Shown: positions 1 to 10,306, counted from the stretch's first letter. The stretch: 64,000 nucleotides of DNA from an uncultured Candidatus Rokubacteria bacterium (GCA_963758635.1 CAVWWD010000008.1:512001-576000); one strand, 5' to 3'. The notes: generated by a model from the letters alone, not told the origin. Numbers and translations: made by a program.

Positions 1-1
1 C

Positions 2-454
2 AAGGGCGACTCCACGTCGCCGACCTACTGGAACCGCCACGAGCAGACCAGGCGCACGATGCTGGGCGAGTGGCTCCGCACCGGCGACATGTTCTACCAG
101 GACGCCGACGGGTACTTCTACTTCTGCGGGCGCGGAGACGACATGCTCAAGGTGGGCGGCATGTGGGTGTCGCCGATCGAGGTGGAAGCCTGCCTCGCCG
201 ATCACGCGGCGGTGCTCGAGGCCGCGGTGATCGGGCGGCTCGACGCCGACGGCCTCGTGAAGGCGCACGCGTTCTGCGTGCTCGCCGAGGGCGCCTCGCC
301 CAGCCCCGGCCTGGCCGCCGAGCTGGTCCAGTTCGTGCGCCGGCGCATGGCGGGCTACAAGGCCCCGCGCTGGCTCGACTTCGTGCCCGACCTTCCGAAG
401 ACGCCCACCGGGAAGATCCAGCGCTTCCGGCTGCGGCAGCAAGGCAAGCACTGA
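2..454 (+). CDS. Benzoate-CoA ligase family acyl-CoA synthetase, C-terminal part (5' end outside window)
   Basis: Frame open from position 2: KGDSTSPTYWNRHEQTRRTMLGEWLRTGD...GRGDDMLKVGGMWVSPIEVE...LPKTPTGKIQRF, the A7/A8/A10 motifs of aryl-CoA ligases. Confidence 0.8.
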   Translation, partial: KGDSTSPTYWNRHEQTRRTMLGEWLRTGDMFYQDADGYFYFCGRGDDMLKVGGMWVSPIEVEACLADHAAVLEAAVIGRLDADGLVKAHAFCVLAEGASPSPGLAAELVQFVRRRMAGYKAPRWLDFVPDLPKTPTGKIQRFRLRQQGKH

Positions 455-629
455 CGGGAATCTTTACAGCTTGCGCTCCGCGTCACGAAAGGTCGCGCGA
501 GGGCCGAGCAATTTCAAGCGGTTGCACATGTGGCACTGGAATTCCATACCTGACGCTTGGAGCAAACCGGCGGCTCGAGCTGTCGGAGGGTCTTACACTG
601 TTCGGGCCCGAACGGAGGACCGCGACACC

Positions 630-1994
630 ATGACAACCTTCGACCATCACTGCGACCCGAGCGAGCTGGACGCGATCGCGACCGCGCTCCGGGGCGTCCC
701 GCGCGCGGCCTACTCGGTCCCGCACACGTACCCGAACTCCGTTCCCGCCTACATCCCGGCGCCGCTGATGGAGCGCGAGCGGCCGGACTCCGACCGGCTC
801 CGCCTGTACGTCCACATCCCGTTCTGCCGCTACCACTGCTCGTTCTGCTACTTCGCGGTCCGGGTGGGCGCGAGCGAGGCGCTCATGCAGCGCTACGTGC
901 GGGCGGTGGTCAAGGAGATGGACTGGATCCGACCGGGCACGCCGCTGTCCCAGCTCTTCGTCGGCGGGGGCACGCCCACCGCGCTGCCGCCCGCGCTGCT
1001 GGACGAGGTGCTCACCGGCGTGTTCGCGCGCACCGTGCCGCACGGAGCGGGCGTGCACACCGTCGAGACCTCGCCGGAGACGATCACGCCCGAGCACATC
1101 GCGGTGCTCAAGCGGCACGGGATCGGCCGCGTGAGCATGGGCGTGCAGAGCCTGGACGAGGACGTGCTCGGCGCCGTGCGCCGCGAGCAGACCACGGAGC
1201 AGGCGCTCGCCTCCTGCGACCTGCTCGTGTCGAGCGGGCTCATCGTCAACGTCGATCTCATCTACGGCCTGCCCGGCCAGCGCGAGGAGACGTTCCGGGC
1301 CGACCTCGCCGCGGTGGCGGCCCGCGGGATCCCGGCGGTCACCGCGTACAGCCTGCGCGTCAACGAGCGCACGCCCGTCACGCGGGCGCTGGCCGACCAC
1401 GAGCGGTTCGGCATCGCGAGCCTCATGCGCTGGCGCGCGTTCGCGAAGCACTGCGCGGCCGAGCTCGGCTACACGCAGACGCGCTGGCACACCTTCAAGC
1501 GCATGGACACCGTCGCGCGGCGCCACGAGTGGATGCCCACGGTGGACCGCGCCATGTCCGGCCACCAGCTCGGCGTGGGCATGAGCGCGCGGTCGCAGCT
1601 CGGCTACACCACGTACCGGAACCACGACAAGATGGAGCCGTACATGGAGCGCGTCGAGACGGGGCAGAGCCCGGTCGAGCAGATCTTCGTGATGGGCGAG
1701 GCCGACCGCCAGACGCAGTTCGTGGCCCGGAGCCTCGGCGACGGCAAGCCGCTCGAGCGCGCGCGCTACGAGGCCACGTTCGGGCGGAGCGTGGACGCGG
1801 ACTTCGGCGAGACCATCACCGGCCTCGTCGCGGGCGGGCTCGTCGTGGACGGGGGCGACGCGCTCCGCCTGAGCCCGTCGGGCGAGCTCCTGTACGACCT
1901 CGTCACCCTCGCGTTCTACCCGGAGCACGCCAAGAAGTGGCTGACCGACCGCGAGGAGAAGGCGCCGCTCGTGCAGGACCTCGCGATCCGCTGA
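630..1994 (+). CDS. HemN/class C-like radical SAM protein
   Basis: LYVHIPFCRYHCSFCYF (CxxxCxxC), GGGTPT, RVSMGVQS, NVDLIYGLPGQ; ATG at 630 preceded by GGAGG at 614-618. Confidence 0.85.
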   Translation: MTTFDHHCDPSELDAIATALRGVPRAAYSVPHTYPNSVPAYIPAPLMERERPDSDRLRLYVHIPFCRYHCSFCYFAVRVGASEALMQRYVRAVVKEMDWIRPGTPLSQLFVGGGTPTALPPALLDEVLTGVFARTVPHGAGVHTVETSPETITPEHIAVLKRHGIGRVSMGVQSLDEDVLGAVRREQTTEQALASCDLLVSSGLIVNVDLIYGLPGQREETFRADLAAVAARGIPAVTAYSLRVNERTPVTRALADHERFGIASLMRWRAFAKHCAAELGYTQTRWHTFKRMDTVARRHEWMPTVDRAMSGHQLGVGMSARSQLGYTTYRNHDKMEPYMERVETGQSPVEQIFVMGEADRQTQFVARSLGDGKPLERARYEATFGRSVDADFGETITGLVAGGLVVDGGDALRLSPSGELLYDLVTLAFYPEHAKKWLTDREEKAPLVQDLAIR

Positions 1995-2001
1995 TCGACG
2001 C

Positions 2002-3234
2002 ATGCTGACGCCTGCCCAGCAGGAGCGGCTCACGCGTGTCGGCCCGGGCACGCCGATGGGCGCGCTCCTGCGCCGCTACTGGATGCCGGTGGCGGCCAGC
2101 GTGGAGTGCCCCGCGGGCGCCGCGCGGGCGGTGCGGATCCTCGGCGAGGACCTCGTGCTGTTCCGCTCCACCGCGGGGGTCGTGGGCCTGCTCGAGGAGC
2201 GGTGCCCGCACCGCGGCACCTCGCTGCGCCACGGCGACGTGGACGCCGACGGCATCCGCTGCCCGTACCACGGCTGGAAGTTCGGCCCCGGCGGCGCCTG
2301 CGTGGAGATGCCGGGTGAGACCGAGCCAGGGCGCGTCGCCGCCGGCGCGACGTGCGGGTACCGCGTGGCCGAGCTGGGCGGGCTCGTGTGGGCGTATCTC
2401 GGCCCCGAGCCCGCGCCGCTCCTGCCGCGCTGGGACATCCTGGTGTGGCCGGGCATGCTCCGCGACGTGGGGCGCGCCATCGTCCCGTGCAACTGGCTCC
2501 AGATCATGGAGAACAGCGTCGACCCCGTCCACCTCGAGTGGCTGCACGGGCACCACCTCTCGTCGGTGCGCACGCGCCTCGGCCTGTCCGCGCCCACGCA
2601 CTACCCGAAGCGGCACGCGGAGATCGGGTTCGATCGGTTCCGCTACGGGATCATCAAGCGGCGCGTCCTCGAGGGCGGCAGCCGCGAGGACGACGACTGG
2701 CGCATCGGTCATCCCCTGGTGTTCCCGAACATGGTGCGCGTGGGCGCGCACCCGCAGCACCGGCTCCAGATCCGCGTGCCCGTCGACGATACCCACACGC
2801 TGCACTTCTGGTACTGCTGCTGGGTGCCGCCGGGCGAGGACGGCGTCAGCCAGGAGCCCATCCCGGTGTACGAGGTGCCGTTCCGCGACGAGCGCGGGGA
2901 GTTCCTCCTGGACTTCGTGGACGGCGGCGACATCATGGCGTGGGTGAGCCAGGGCGCCATCGCCGATCGCACGCGCGAGCGCCTCGGCGAGACGGACCGC
3001 GGCATCGCGCTCTACCGGCGGCTGCTCTTCGAGCAGCTCGACGTGGTGGCGGCGGGCGGCGATCCCCTGGGCATCGTGCGAGACCCGGCGGAGAACGAGA
3101 TGATCGAGCTCCCCCAGGAACGCAACAAGTACGGGCGCGGCGGCGCGTTCCTGCGCGAGGCCATCGAGATGAGCCACGTCCGCTACAGCCCGATCCGCGA
3201 CCGCATCGTGGAGCTGCTCTCCCGCCCGGCGTAG
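2002..3234 (+). CDS. Rieske non-heme iron oxygenase alpha subunit (phthalate 4,5-dioxygenase/LigX-like)
   Basis: Rieske motif CPHRG...CPYHGW; mononuclear Fe motif ENSVDPVHLEWLH; N-terminal LTRVGPGTPMGALLRRYW. Confidence 0.9.
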   Translation: MLTPAQQERLTRVGPGTPMGALLRRYWMPVAASVECPAGAARAVRILGEDLVLFRSTAGVVGLLEERCPHRGTSLRHGDVDADGIRCPYHGWKFGPGGACVEMPGETEPGRVAAGATCGYRVAELGGLVWAYLGPEPAPLLPRWDILVWPGMLRDVGRAIVPCNWLQIMENSVDPVHLEWLHGHHLSSVRTRLGLSAPTHYPKRHAEIGFDRFRYGIIKRRVLEGGSREDDDWRIGHPLVFPNMVRVGAHPQHRLQIRVPVDDTHTLHFWYCCWVPPGEDGVSQEPIPVYEVPFRDERGEFLLDFVDGGDIMAWVSQGAIADRTRERLGETDRGIALYRRLLFEQLDVVAAGGDPLGIVRDPAENEMIELPQERNKYGRGGAFLREAIEMSHVRYSPIRDRIVELLSRPA

Positions 3235-3236
3235 TC

Positions 3237-4433
3237 GTGCGCGTCCTCTGCTACGTGCAGCACCTCTCAGGGGCCGGCCACTACGTGCGCACGCACGCCA
3301 TCGCGTGCGGGCTGGCCCGGTCGCACCAGGTGCTCCTCGTGGACGGCGGGCGGCCCGTGCCGCGGCTCGCCGCCCCCGCGGCTCTCGCCTCCGTGGCCCT
3401 GCCGCGCATCGGCCGCCGCGCCGGCGCGCTGGTGGCGCTGGACGACCCGCGACCCCTGGCCCAGGTCCTGGACGAGCGCATCGAGCGCCTGACCGCCGCC
3501 GCGCGCGCGCACGCCCCGGACGTGGTGACGATCGAACACTACCCGTGGAGCAAGTGGGAGCTCGAGGCCGAGACGCTCGCGCTCGTCGGGGCGGCGCGCG
3601 AGGCCAACCCTCGCGTGAAGGTCGCCTGCTCGCTGCGCGACGTGGCGCCCCCCACTCGCTACGAGGCGGTCGGAGCGCGCGCGTTCGAGCGCCGTGTGCT
3701 CGACCGGCTCGAGAGCCACTTCGACGCCCTCCTCGTCCACGCGGATCCGGCGTTCACCCGCCTCGAGGAGCACTTCGCGAGCGCCCCCGTGCTGCCGGTG
3801 CCCTGGACGTACACGGGCTTCGTGCGCACCGCGCCGCCCGCGAACGCGCGACCGGCTCACCCGGTGGCGGTCGGGCCGTACGCGGTGCTCAGCGCGGGCG
3901 GGGCAGGCGACACCGATCCCCTGGTCGCGGCGGCGACGGGGGCGTTCCGCCGGCTGTCCGACGCCGGAGAGCTCGGTGACATGCGGCTCGTCGTCTTCGG
4001 CGGGCTCGACACCGAGCCCGGGGGGCTCGCCGCCCTCGCGGACGCGTGCCGCCACGATCGGATCGCGGTGCTGCCGTTCTCGCCGGAGTTCCCGGCGTGG
4101 CTCGCGGGGAGCGAGCTGTCGATCAGCCAGGCCGGGTACAACACGTGCGTCGATCTTCTCGCCGCGCATGTTCCCACCGTGCTCTACGTGAACCCGCGCA
4201 TGTCCGACCAGGATTTTCGCGCCGAGCGCATGAGGGCGCACGGGCTCGCCGTCGTCGTGCGGGGCGAGCCGCCCGCGGTCGTCGCTCTGGTGGCGGCCAT
4301 CCGCCAGGTGCGGGAGGGCGGCCGGCCGGACGCTCGCTTCGACCTCGGCGGGGTCGAGCAGAGCGCGCGCCTGCTCGAGCAGCTCTCCCGCGACGGCACG
4401 CTTGCCGTGCCGTCCGTTTCGGCCCCCGCGTGA
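3237..4433 (+). CDS. Predicted GT-B glycosyltransferase (COG4671-like)
   Basis: GTG start 2 nt after the Rieske stop; RVLCYVQHLSGAGHYVR N-terminus, LVHADP, and SISQAGYNT sugar-nucleotide motif. Confidence 0.8.
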   Translation: MRVLCYVQHLSGAGHYVRTHAIACGLARSHQVLLVDGGRPVPRLAAPAALASVALPRIGRRAGALVALDDPRPLAQVLDERIERLTAAARAHAPDVVTIEHYPWSKWELEAETLALVGAAREANPRVKVACSLRDVAPPTRYEAVGARAFERRVLDRLESHFDALLVHADPAFTRLEEHFASAPVLPVPWTYTGFVRTAPPANARPAHPVAVGPYAVLSAGGAGDTDPLVAAATGAFRRLSDAGELGDMRLVVFGGLDTEPGGLAALADACRHDRIAVLPFSPEFPAWLAGSELSISQAGYNTCVDLLAAHVPTVLYVNPRMSDQDFRAERMRAHGLAVVVRGEPPAVVALVAAIRQVREGGRPDARFDLGGVEQSARLLEQLSRDGTLAVPSVSAPA

Positions 4434-7120
4434 TGATCGGCGCGCCCGCCGCGACCGACCTGCGCGCGCGCCAGCGCGAGATCCGCGCGCGATGCGTGCA
4501 CCCATCGGGCGGGTTCCGGCCGTTCGAGCGCGCGGAGGCCGAGCAGTCCATCGCGGCGTGCTTCGAGGCCCGGGTGGCGCAGCAGCCCGACCGGCTCGCC
4601 CTTCGGACACGCCACCTGACGTGGAGCTACGCCGAGCTGAACCAGGCCGCCAACCGTGTGGCGCACGCGCTGCTCGCCGCCACTGGCGAGGGCGCGGACC
4701 CGGTGGGGATCCTGTTCGGCAACGACGAGTCGTTCGTTGCCGCCTCGCTGGGCGTGCTCAAGGCCGGCAAGATCGAGGTCCTGCTCGATCCCGCCCTCCC
4801 GCGGGCACGGCTCGTTCGCGCCGCCGAGCACGCAGCCGTTCGCGCCATCGTGACCGACCGCGCCCATTCCGCTCTCGCGCGCGAGCTGGCCGGTGCCCGC
4901 TGCCCGGTGCTCGACGTCGAGGAGATCGGCGACGCCGCGGCGTCGAACCCCGGCCTCGACATCGCGCCCGACGCCCTTGCCAAGGTGAGCTACACGTCCG
5001 GCTCCACCGGCACGCCCAAGGGCATCGTGCAGAGCCACCGCGGGGTGCTGCTCCGGGTGATGGAGTACGCCAACCTGCTCAACGTGAGCGGCCACGACCG
5101 GCAGGCGTTCCTGCGCCTCGGGTCGTCCGCGCCGCTCTACGCGCTCTTGAGGGGCGGCGCGTACTACCCCGTCGACCTCCGGCGCGAGCCGCTGGCGGAG
5201 GTCGCAAGCTGGCTTGCGCGCGAGGAGGTGACGATCCTCCGCGCGGCGGTGTCCACCTTCCGCGCGTTCGCCGAGACGCTCCGCGAGGGCGTGGACGTGC
5301 TGCCGCACCTGCGGGTGATCTTCGTGTTCGGCGAGGCCGTCGAGCACGCCGACGTCCACCGCTACCGGCGGCTCTTCTCCGAGCGCTGCCTGCTCGTGAG
5401 CTCCCTGGGCGCGCGGGAGGCCGGTGACTACGCGTATCTCTTCGTCGACCGAACGCTGCCGATCGCGCCCGGACCGCTGCCGGCCGGGTACCCGCAGGAG
5501 GATGGCGCGAGCGACATCCTCCTGCTGGGCGACGACGGGCGTCCGGTGCCCGATGGCGAGGTGGGCGAGCTCGCGGTGCGGCGGGGGCAGGCGGCCGTCG
5601 GCTACTGGAGGAGCCCCGACCAGACCCAGGCCGCCTTCGCCCCGGGCGGACATGGCGAGCACGTCTACCGGACCGGCGACCTCGGGCGGCGGCTCCCCGA
5701 CGGCTGCCTGCTCCACGCCGGCCGGATGGACTTCCAGGTCAAGATCCGCGGCTTCCGCGTCGATCTGGGCGAGGTCGAGGCGGCGCTCCTCGAGATCGAC
5801 GGCGTAAGCGCCGCTGCCGTTGCCGGTCACGAGGACGGGTCAGGCGACCGACGCCTCGTGGCCTACGTCGTGCTCGCGGAGACCGGCGCGCCGGCCACGG
5901 GCGACATGCGCCGGCATCTCGCCGGCCGGCTGCCCGAATACATGGTGCCTTCGATCTTCGTGACGCTGCCCGCGCTGCCGCGCACGGCCAACGGCAAGGT
6001 GGATCGTCGCGCGCTCCCGGCGCCCGGGCCCGAGCGGCCGACTCTCGACACGCCGCTATCCGCCGCGCGCTCGCCCCTGGAGGCGTCGCTCGTCGGGATG
6101 TTCGCCGAAGTGCTCGGGCTGGCGGTCGTCGGTGCCGACGACGGCTTCTTCGACCTGGGTGGCCACTCGCTGCGGGCGCTCCGCCTGGTGAGCGAGATCG
6201 AGCGGCGCTTCGGCATCCGGCTGCCGCTGGCCGTGCTCCTGGAGGCGCCGACCCCGCGGGCGCTCGCCGCCATCCTGGGGCAGCAGGGCTGGGCGCCGCG
6301 CTGGTCCTCGCTGGTGGTGATCCGTCCCGCGCGGTCCCGGACCGCGCGGCCGCCGTTGTTCTGCGTGCCGGGCCACGCTGGTACCGTCCTGTGCTTCCGG
6401 CCGCTGGGGCAACACCTGGGCGACGAGCAGCCGCTCTACGGGCTCGAGCCGCGTGGCCTCGACGCGCGCTTCGTCCCCCACACCTCGATCGAGGAGATGG
6501 CCGCCGCGTACCTCGACGAGATCGAGGGCTGCGAGCCCGCCGGGCCCCATGCCCTCGCCGGCTACTCGCTGGGCGGCATCGTCGCCTTCGAGATGGCGCG
6601 TCAGCTCCGCGCGCGTGGCCGCGCGGTGGCGCTCCTCGCCCTCTTCGACGCCAGCGCGCCGCGGGAGCGCGCGCGGGGGAGCGCGCCGGCTCGCCCCGGG
6701 CCGCGCCTGGCGCGCCTGGCCTCGCGACTCCGCGTCGAGTATGCGAACGTCGCTGCCCTGGGCGGACGTGACCGTGCCGCGTACGCGACGGCGCGTCTGG
6801 ACCGCGTGATGCGCCGGCTGGCTGGGCTCGCCGGGCGGCGCCGCGACGGGAACGACGACCCGCTGGTGCGGCGCGTGGCGCGCGCCCAGAGCCTGGCTGC
6901 CCGCGCGTATCGCCCCGGGCCCTACGACGGCGCCCTGGTCCTGTACCGCGCTCAGCATCGCCTCACGAGCCACTACGTCGACCCGCACTTCGGCTGGCGC
7001 GATCTGGTCCGTGGCGAGCTCGAGGTCCGCCTCGTCCCCTCCGCCGGCGGCTCCGTCATCCAGGACCCCCAGGGCGCCGCCCTCGTCGCCGCCGATCTCC
7101 GCCTCCGCCTCCCCGCCTGA
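4433..7120 (+). CDS. Stand-alone NRPS-like enzyme, adenylation-thiolation-thioesterase (A-T-TE)
   Basis: A3 YTSGSTGTPKG, A7 YRTGDLG, A8 GRMDFQVKIRGFRVDLGEVE, A10 NGKVDR; carrier domain FFDLGGHSL; TE GYSLGG; start overlaps the upstream TGA. Confidence 0.9.
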   Translation: MIGAPAATDLRARQREIRARCVHPSGGFRPFERAEAEQSIAACFEARVAQQPDRLALRTRHLTWSYAELNQAANRVAHALLAATGEGADPVGILFGNDESFVAASLGVLKAGKIEVLLDPALPRARLVRAAEHAAVRAIVTDRAHSALARELAGARCPVLDVEEIGDAAASNPGLDIAPDALAKVSYTSGSTGTPKGIVQSHRGVLLRVMEYANLLNVSGHDRQAFLRLGSSAPLYALLRGGAYYPVDLRREPLAEVASWLAREEVTILRAAVSTFRAFAETLREGVDVLPHLRVIFVFGEAVEHADVHRYRRLFSERCLLVSSLGAREAGDYAYLFVDRTLPIAPGPLPAGYPQEDGASDILLLGDDGRPVPDGEVGELAVRRGQAAVGYWRSPDQTQAAFAPGGHGEHVYRTGDLGRRLPDGCLLHAGRMDFQVKIRGFRVDLGEVEAALLEIDGVSAAAVAGHEDGSGDRRLVAYVVLAETGAPATGDMRRHLAGRLPEYMVPSIFVTLPALPRTANGKVDRRALPAPGPERPTLDTPLSAARSPLEASLVGMFAEVLGLAVVGADDGFFDLGGHSLRALRLVSEIERRFGIRLPLAVLLEAPTPRALAAILGQQGWAPRWSSLVVIRPARSRTARPPLFCVPGHAGTVLCFRPLGQHLGDEQPLYGLEPRGLDARFVPHTSIEEMAAAYLDEIEGCEPAGPHALAGYSLGGIVAFEMARQLRARGRAVALLALFDASAPRERARGSAPARPGPRLARLASRLRVEYANVAALGGRDRAAYATARLDRVMRRLAGLAGRRRDGNDDPLVRRVARAQSLAARAYRPGPYDGALVLYRAQHRLTSHYVDPHFGWRDLVRGELEVRLVPSAGGSVIQDPQGAALVAADLRLRLPA

Positions 7121-7163
7121 CCCCGCACGCGCCCGCGCGCGGAACGTGAGCGGTGACGGCGAA

Positions 7164-7192
7164 TTGGCGGGGGTGGGGCGGTCTGCTATCAT
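7164..7192 (+). promoter_or_regulatory. Sigma70-like promoter for accC (TTGGCG-17-TATCAT, extended -10 TGn)
   Basis: TTGGCG 7164-7169, 17-nt spacer, TGc-TATCAT ending 7192, 9 nt before GTG 7202. Confidence 0.5.
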
Positions 7193-7201
7193 GCGGCCGT
7201 C

Positions 7202-8705
7202 GTGAGCCCGCCGTTCGCGAAGGTCCTCATCGCCAACCGCGGCGAGATCGCCGTTCGCGTCATCCGAGCCTGCCGCGAGCTGGGCATCGCCACCGTGGCC
7301 GTCTACTCCGACGCCGACCGTGAGGCGCTGCACGTGCTGTCCGCGGACGAGGCGGTGCGCCTGGGCCCGCCACCGGCCGCGGAGAGCTACCTGCGCGTGG
7401 ACCGGCTCGTGCAGGTCGCGCGCGAGACGGGCGCCGACGCCGTGCATCCCGGCTACGGCTTCCTCGCGGAGAACGCCGGCTTCGCGGAGGCGTGCGCGGC
7501 GGCCGGCCTCGTCTTCATCGGTCCGCCCCCCGCGGCCATCCGCGCCATGGGCGACAAGATCGAAGCGCGGCGCGTGGCGGTGGCCGCGGGCGCGCCCGTG
7601 GTGCCCGGCACCGAGGAGCCGGCGGCGAGCGACGCCGACGCCGCGCGCGCCGCCGAGCGCGTGGGCTACCCGGTGATGATCAAGGCCGCGATGGGCGGCG
7701 GCGGCAAGGGCATGCGGCTCGTGCGGAGCGCCGCCGAGCTGCCCGGCGCCCTCCGGGCCGCGCGCTCGGAGGCGGCGGCCGCCTTCGGCGACGGCACGGT
7801 GTACGTGGAACGCTACGTCGACGAGCCCCGCCACATCGAGGTGCAGGTGCTCGCCGACGCCCACGGCGCCATCGTGCACCTGGGCGAGCGCGAGTGCTCG
7901 ATCCAGCGCCGCCACCAGAAGCTCGTCGAGGAGAGCCCGTCGCCGTTCGTGACGCCCGACCTGAGGCGACGGATGGGGGAGACGGCGTGCCGCCTCGCCG
8001 CCGCCGTGGGCTACGTCAACGCGGGCACGGTCGAGTTCCTGGTCGACCGCGAGGGTCGCTTCTACTTCCTGGAGATGAACACGCGCCTCCAGGTCGAGCA
8101 CCCGGTGACCGAGCTCGTGACGGGGCGGGACCTGGTGCGCGAGCAGCTCCGGATCGCCGCGGGGGACAAGCTCGGCTACGGGCAGGACGACGTTCCTGCA
8201 GCACGGCTGGGCGATCGAGTGCCGCATCAACGCCGAGGACCCCTTCGCGGGCTTCCTGCCCGCGCCGGGCCGCATCACCGCGCTCCGCGCGCCCGGCGGC
8301 CCGTGGGTGCGCGACGACTCCGGCGTGTACGCGGGCTACACGGTGCCCCGCTACTACGACACGCTCCTGGCCAAGCTGGTCGTGTGGGGCCCGGACCGCG
8401 ACGCGGCCATCGCCCGCATGACCCGGGCGCTCGGCGAATACCACGTGGCGGGCGTGCGGACGACCATTCCCTTCCTCCAGCACATCGTGCGCTCGCCGGA
8501 CTTCGTCGCGGGCCGCCTGTCCACGCACTTCGTGGACCGGCTGATGGAGGCGGAGCGCGCCGACGCCGGCGGCCGCCGGCGCCCCGTGGCCCTGATCGCC
8601 GCCGCGCTGGCCGCCTACGAGCAGGCGGGCCGGCGCGCGCCCGCCCCGCCGGCCGGCGGTCCCGGCCCGTGGAAGCTGTCCGGGCGTCCGGGGTGGCCGC
8701 GATGA
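7202..8705 (+). CDS. accC: Biotin carboxylase subunit of acetyl/propionyl-CoA carboxylase (one frameshift near 8195)
   Basis: [58 protein letters not shown]; continues in another frame as [14 protein letters not shown]...[13 protein letters not shown]. Confidence 0.9.
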
Positions 8706-8736
8706 CGGGCGGGCGGACGGCGCCCCGGAGCCAGGA

Positions 8737-9240
8737 ATGAAGTTCGAGGCCCAGGTCGAAGGCGAGCGGTCCGCCGTTGCCGTGGAGGTGAGCGGGACCG
8801 ACGGCCGCTACCGCGTGGACCTCGAGGGCCGCGCCTGGGAGGTGGACGCCCGCCGCCTCGCCGAGGGCACGTGGTCGCTCCTGATCGGCGGCGAGTCGAT
8901 GGCCGTCGACGTCACCGAGGACGACGGCGCGTTCGTCGTCCAGGTGGACGGGGAGACCTACCGCATCCAGGTCGAGGAGGAATCGCGCTACATCATCCGC
9001 ACGCGGGGGGGAGGCGCCGCCACCACCGGCCAGGTGCTGAAGGCGCCCATGCCCGGGCGCGTGGTCCTCGTCGAGGTCGAGGTGGGCCGCGCCGTCCAGC
9101 CCGGCGACGGGCTCATCATCCTCGAGGCGATGAAGATGGAAAACGAGTTCAAGGCGACCACGGCGGGCAGGGTCAAGGAAGTCCGCGTGCAGGCCGGCCA
9201 GACCGTGAACCCCGGTGATGTCCTGGTCGTCATCGAGTAG
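8737..9240 (+). CDS. Biotin carboxyl carrier protein
   Basis: KAPMPGRVV...EAMKMEN biotinyl-lysine motif. Confidence 0.9.
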   Translation: MKFEAQVEGERSAVAVEVSGTDGRYRVDLEGRAWEVDARRLAEGTWSLLIGGESMAVDVTEDDGAFVVQVDGETYRIQVEEESRYIIRTRGGGAATTGQVLKAPMPGRVVLVEVEVGRAVQPGDGLIILEAMKMENEFKATTAGRVKEVRVQAGQTVNPGDVLVVIE

Positions 9241-9357
9241 CGTGGACCGCCGTCGACCGACGCCGATCATGCTCGTCCGCTCGGCCGACTCGCGGAGCGG
9301 ACGACACGCACACCTTCACTCGCCCCCGTCCCACGTGGCGGGCACAAGGAGACTGAC

Positions 9358-10260
9358 ATGACTCGATGGATCGCCTTGGCTGTCGTCGGCCTCGTCGTGG
9401 GCCTCGCGCACCCCGCGGGCGCGCAGGAGGGCACGCTCAAGAAGATCAAGGACGCGGGCTCGATCACCATCGGGCACCGCGACGCCTCGATCCCGTTCTC
9501 CTACTACGACGACAAGCAGCAGCCCGTCGGCTACGCCCTCGATCTCTGCCTGCGCATCGTGGACGCGGTCAAGGGCGAGCTCAAGATGTCGAAGCTGGAC
9601 GTGAAGTACCAGCTCGTCACCTCCGCCAACCGCATCCCGCTGATGGCCAACGGCACCATCGACCTGGAGTGCGGCTCCACCACGAACAACCTCGAGCGCC
9701 AGAAGCAGGTGTCGTTCACGATCACGCACTTCGTGACGGCCAACCGCTGGGTGGCGAAGAAGGCCGCCAACCTGATGAAGCTCCAGGACCTGAAGGGCAA
9801 GACCGTCGTGTCCACCGCGGGCACGACCAACATCAAGGGCATCACGGAGATCAACGCCGCCCAGAACCTGGGCCTGAACATCATCTCGGCGAACGGGCAT
9901 CCCGAGGCGTTCCAGATGGTGGAGACCGGCCGCGCCGCCGCGTTCGTCATGGACGACATCCTGCTCTACAGCCTGTCCGCGCAGGCCCGCAACCCCGCCG
10001 ACTACGCGATCTCCGCCGAGGCCACGTCGGTGGAGCCCTACGGGATCATGCTCCGGACGGGTGACGCCGCCTTCAAGAAGGTGGTCGATGCCGCCATGAC
10101 CGGCGTCTACAAGTCCGGGCAGATCAACGCGATCTACGAGAAGTGGTTCCTCAAGCCCATCCCGCCCAAGGGCCTGAACCTGAACATCCCCATGGGCGAC
10201 CAGCTCAAGAAGGTGGTGGCCAACCCGACCGACTCGGGTGACCCGGCGGCGTACAAGTAG
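9358..10260 (+). CDS. gltI: Glutamate/aspartate-type ABC transporter substrate-binding protein
   Basis: Signal peptide; GHRDASIPFSY, VTSANRIPL, DLECGSTTNN, GTT; RBS AGGAGA. Confidence 0.85.
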   Translation: MTRWIALAVVGLVVGLAHPAGAQEGTLKKIKDAGSITIGHRDASIPFSYYDDKQQPVGYALDLCLRIVDAVKGELKMSKLDVKYQLVTSANRIPLMANGTIDLECGSTTNNLERQKQVSFTITHFVTANRWVAKKAANLMKLQDLKGKTVVSTAGTTNIKGITEINAAQNLGLNIISANGHPEAFQMVETGRAAAFVMDDILLYSLSAQARNPADYAISAEATSVEPYGIMLRTGDAAFKKVVDAAMTGVYKSGQINAIYEKWFLKPIPPKGLNLNIPMGDQLKKVVANPTDSGDPAAYK

Positions 10261-10306
10261 GCGGGGCGCGGGCGTCGCGGTTTGAAACGCCGAAGGTGTC
10301 GACTTT

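Noticed and set aside
512..546. Possible IHF site (TTTCAAGCGGTTG) plus sigma54 promoter (TGGCAC-N5-TTCCA) upstream of the radical SAM operon
   Set aside because: The -12 element reads TTCCA and lacks the nearly invariant GC, and the IHF-like site has a mismatch. Suggestive but not supportable without comparative data.
471..629. N-terminal extension of the radical SAM ORF, or a RiPP precursor peptide in the upstream gap
   Set aside because: A good SD precedes ATG 630, the extension has atypical composition, and no small ORF with an RBS was seen.
630..1994. Calling the radical SAM gene hemN/hemW
   Set aside because: The fold motifs match, but the context is biosynthetic rather than heme-related and the C-terminal motifs diverge; no gene symbol assigned.
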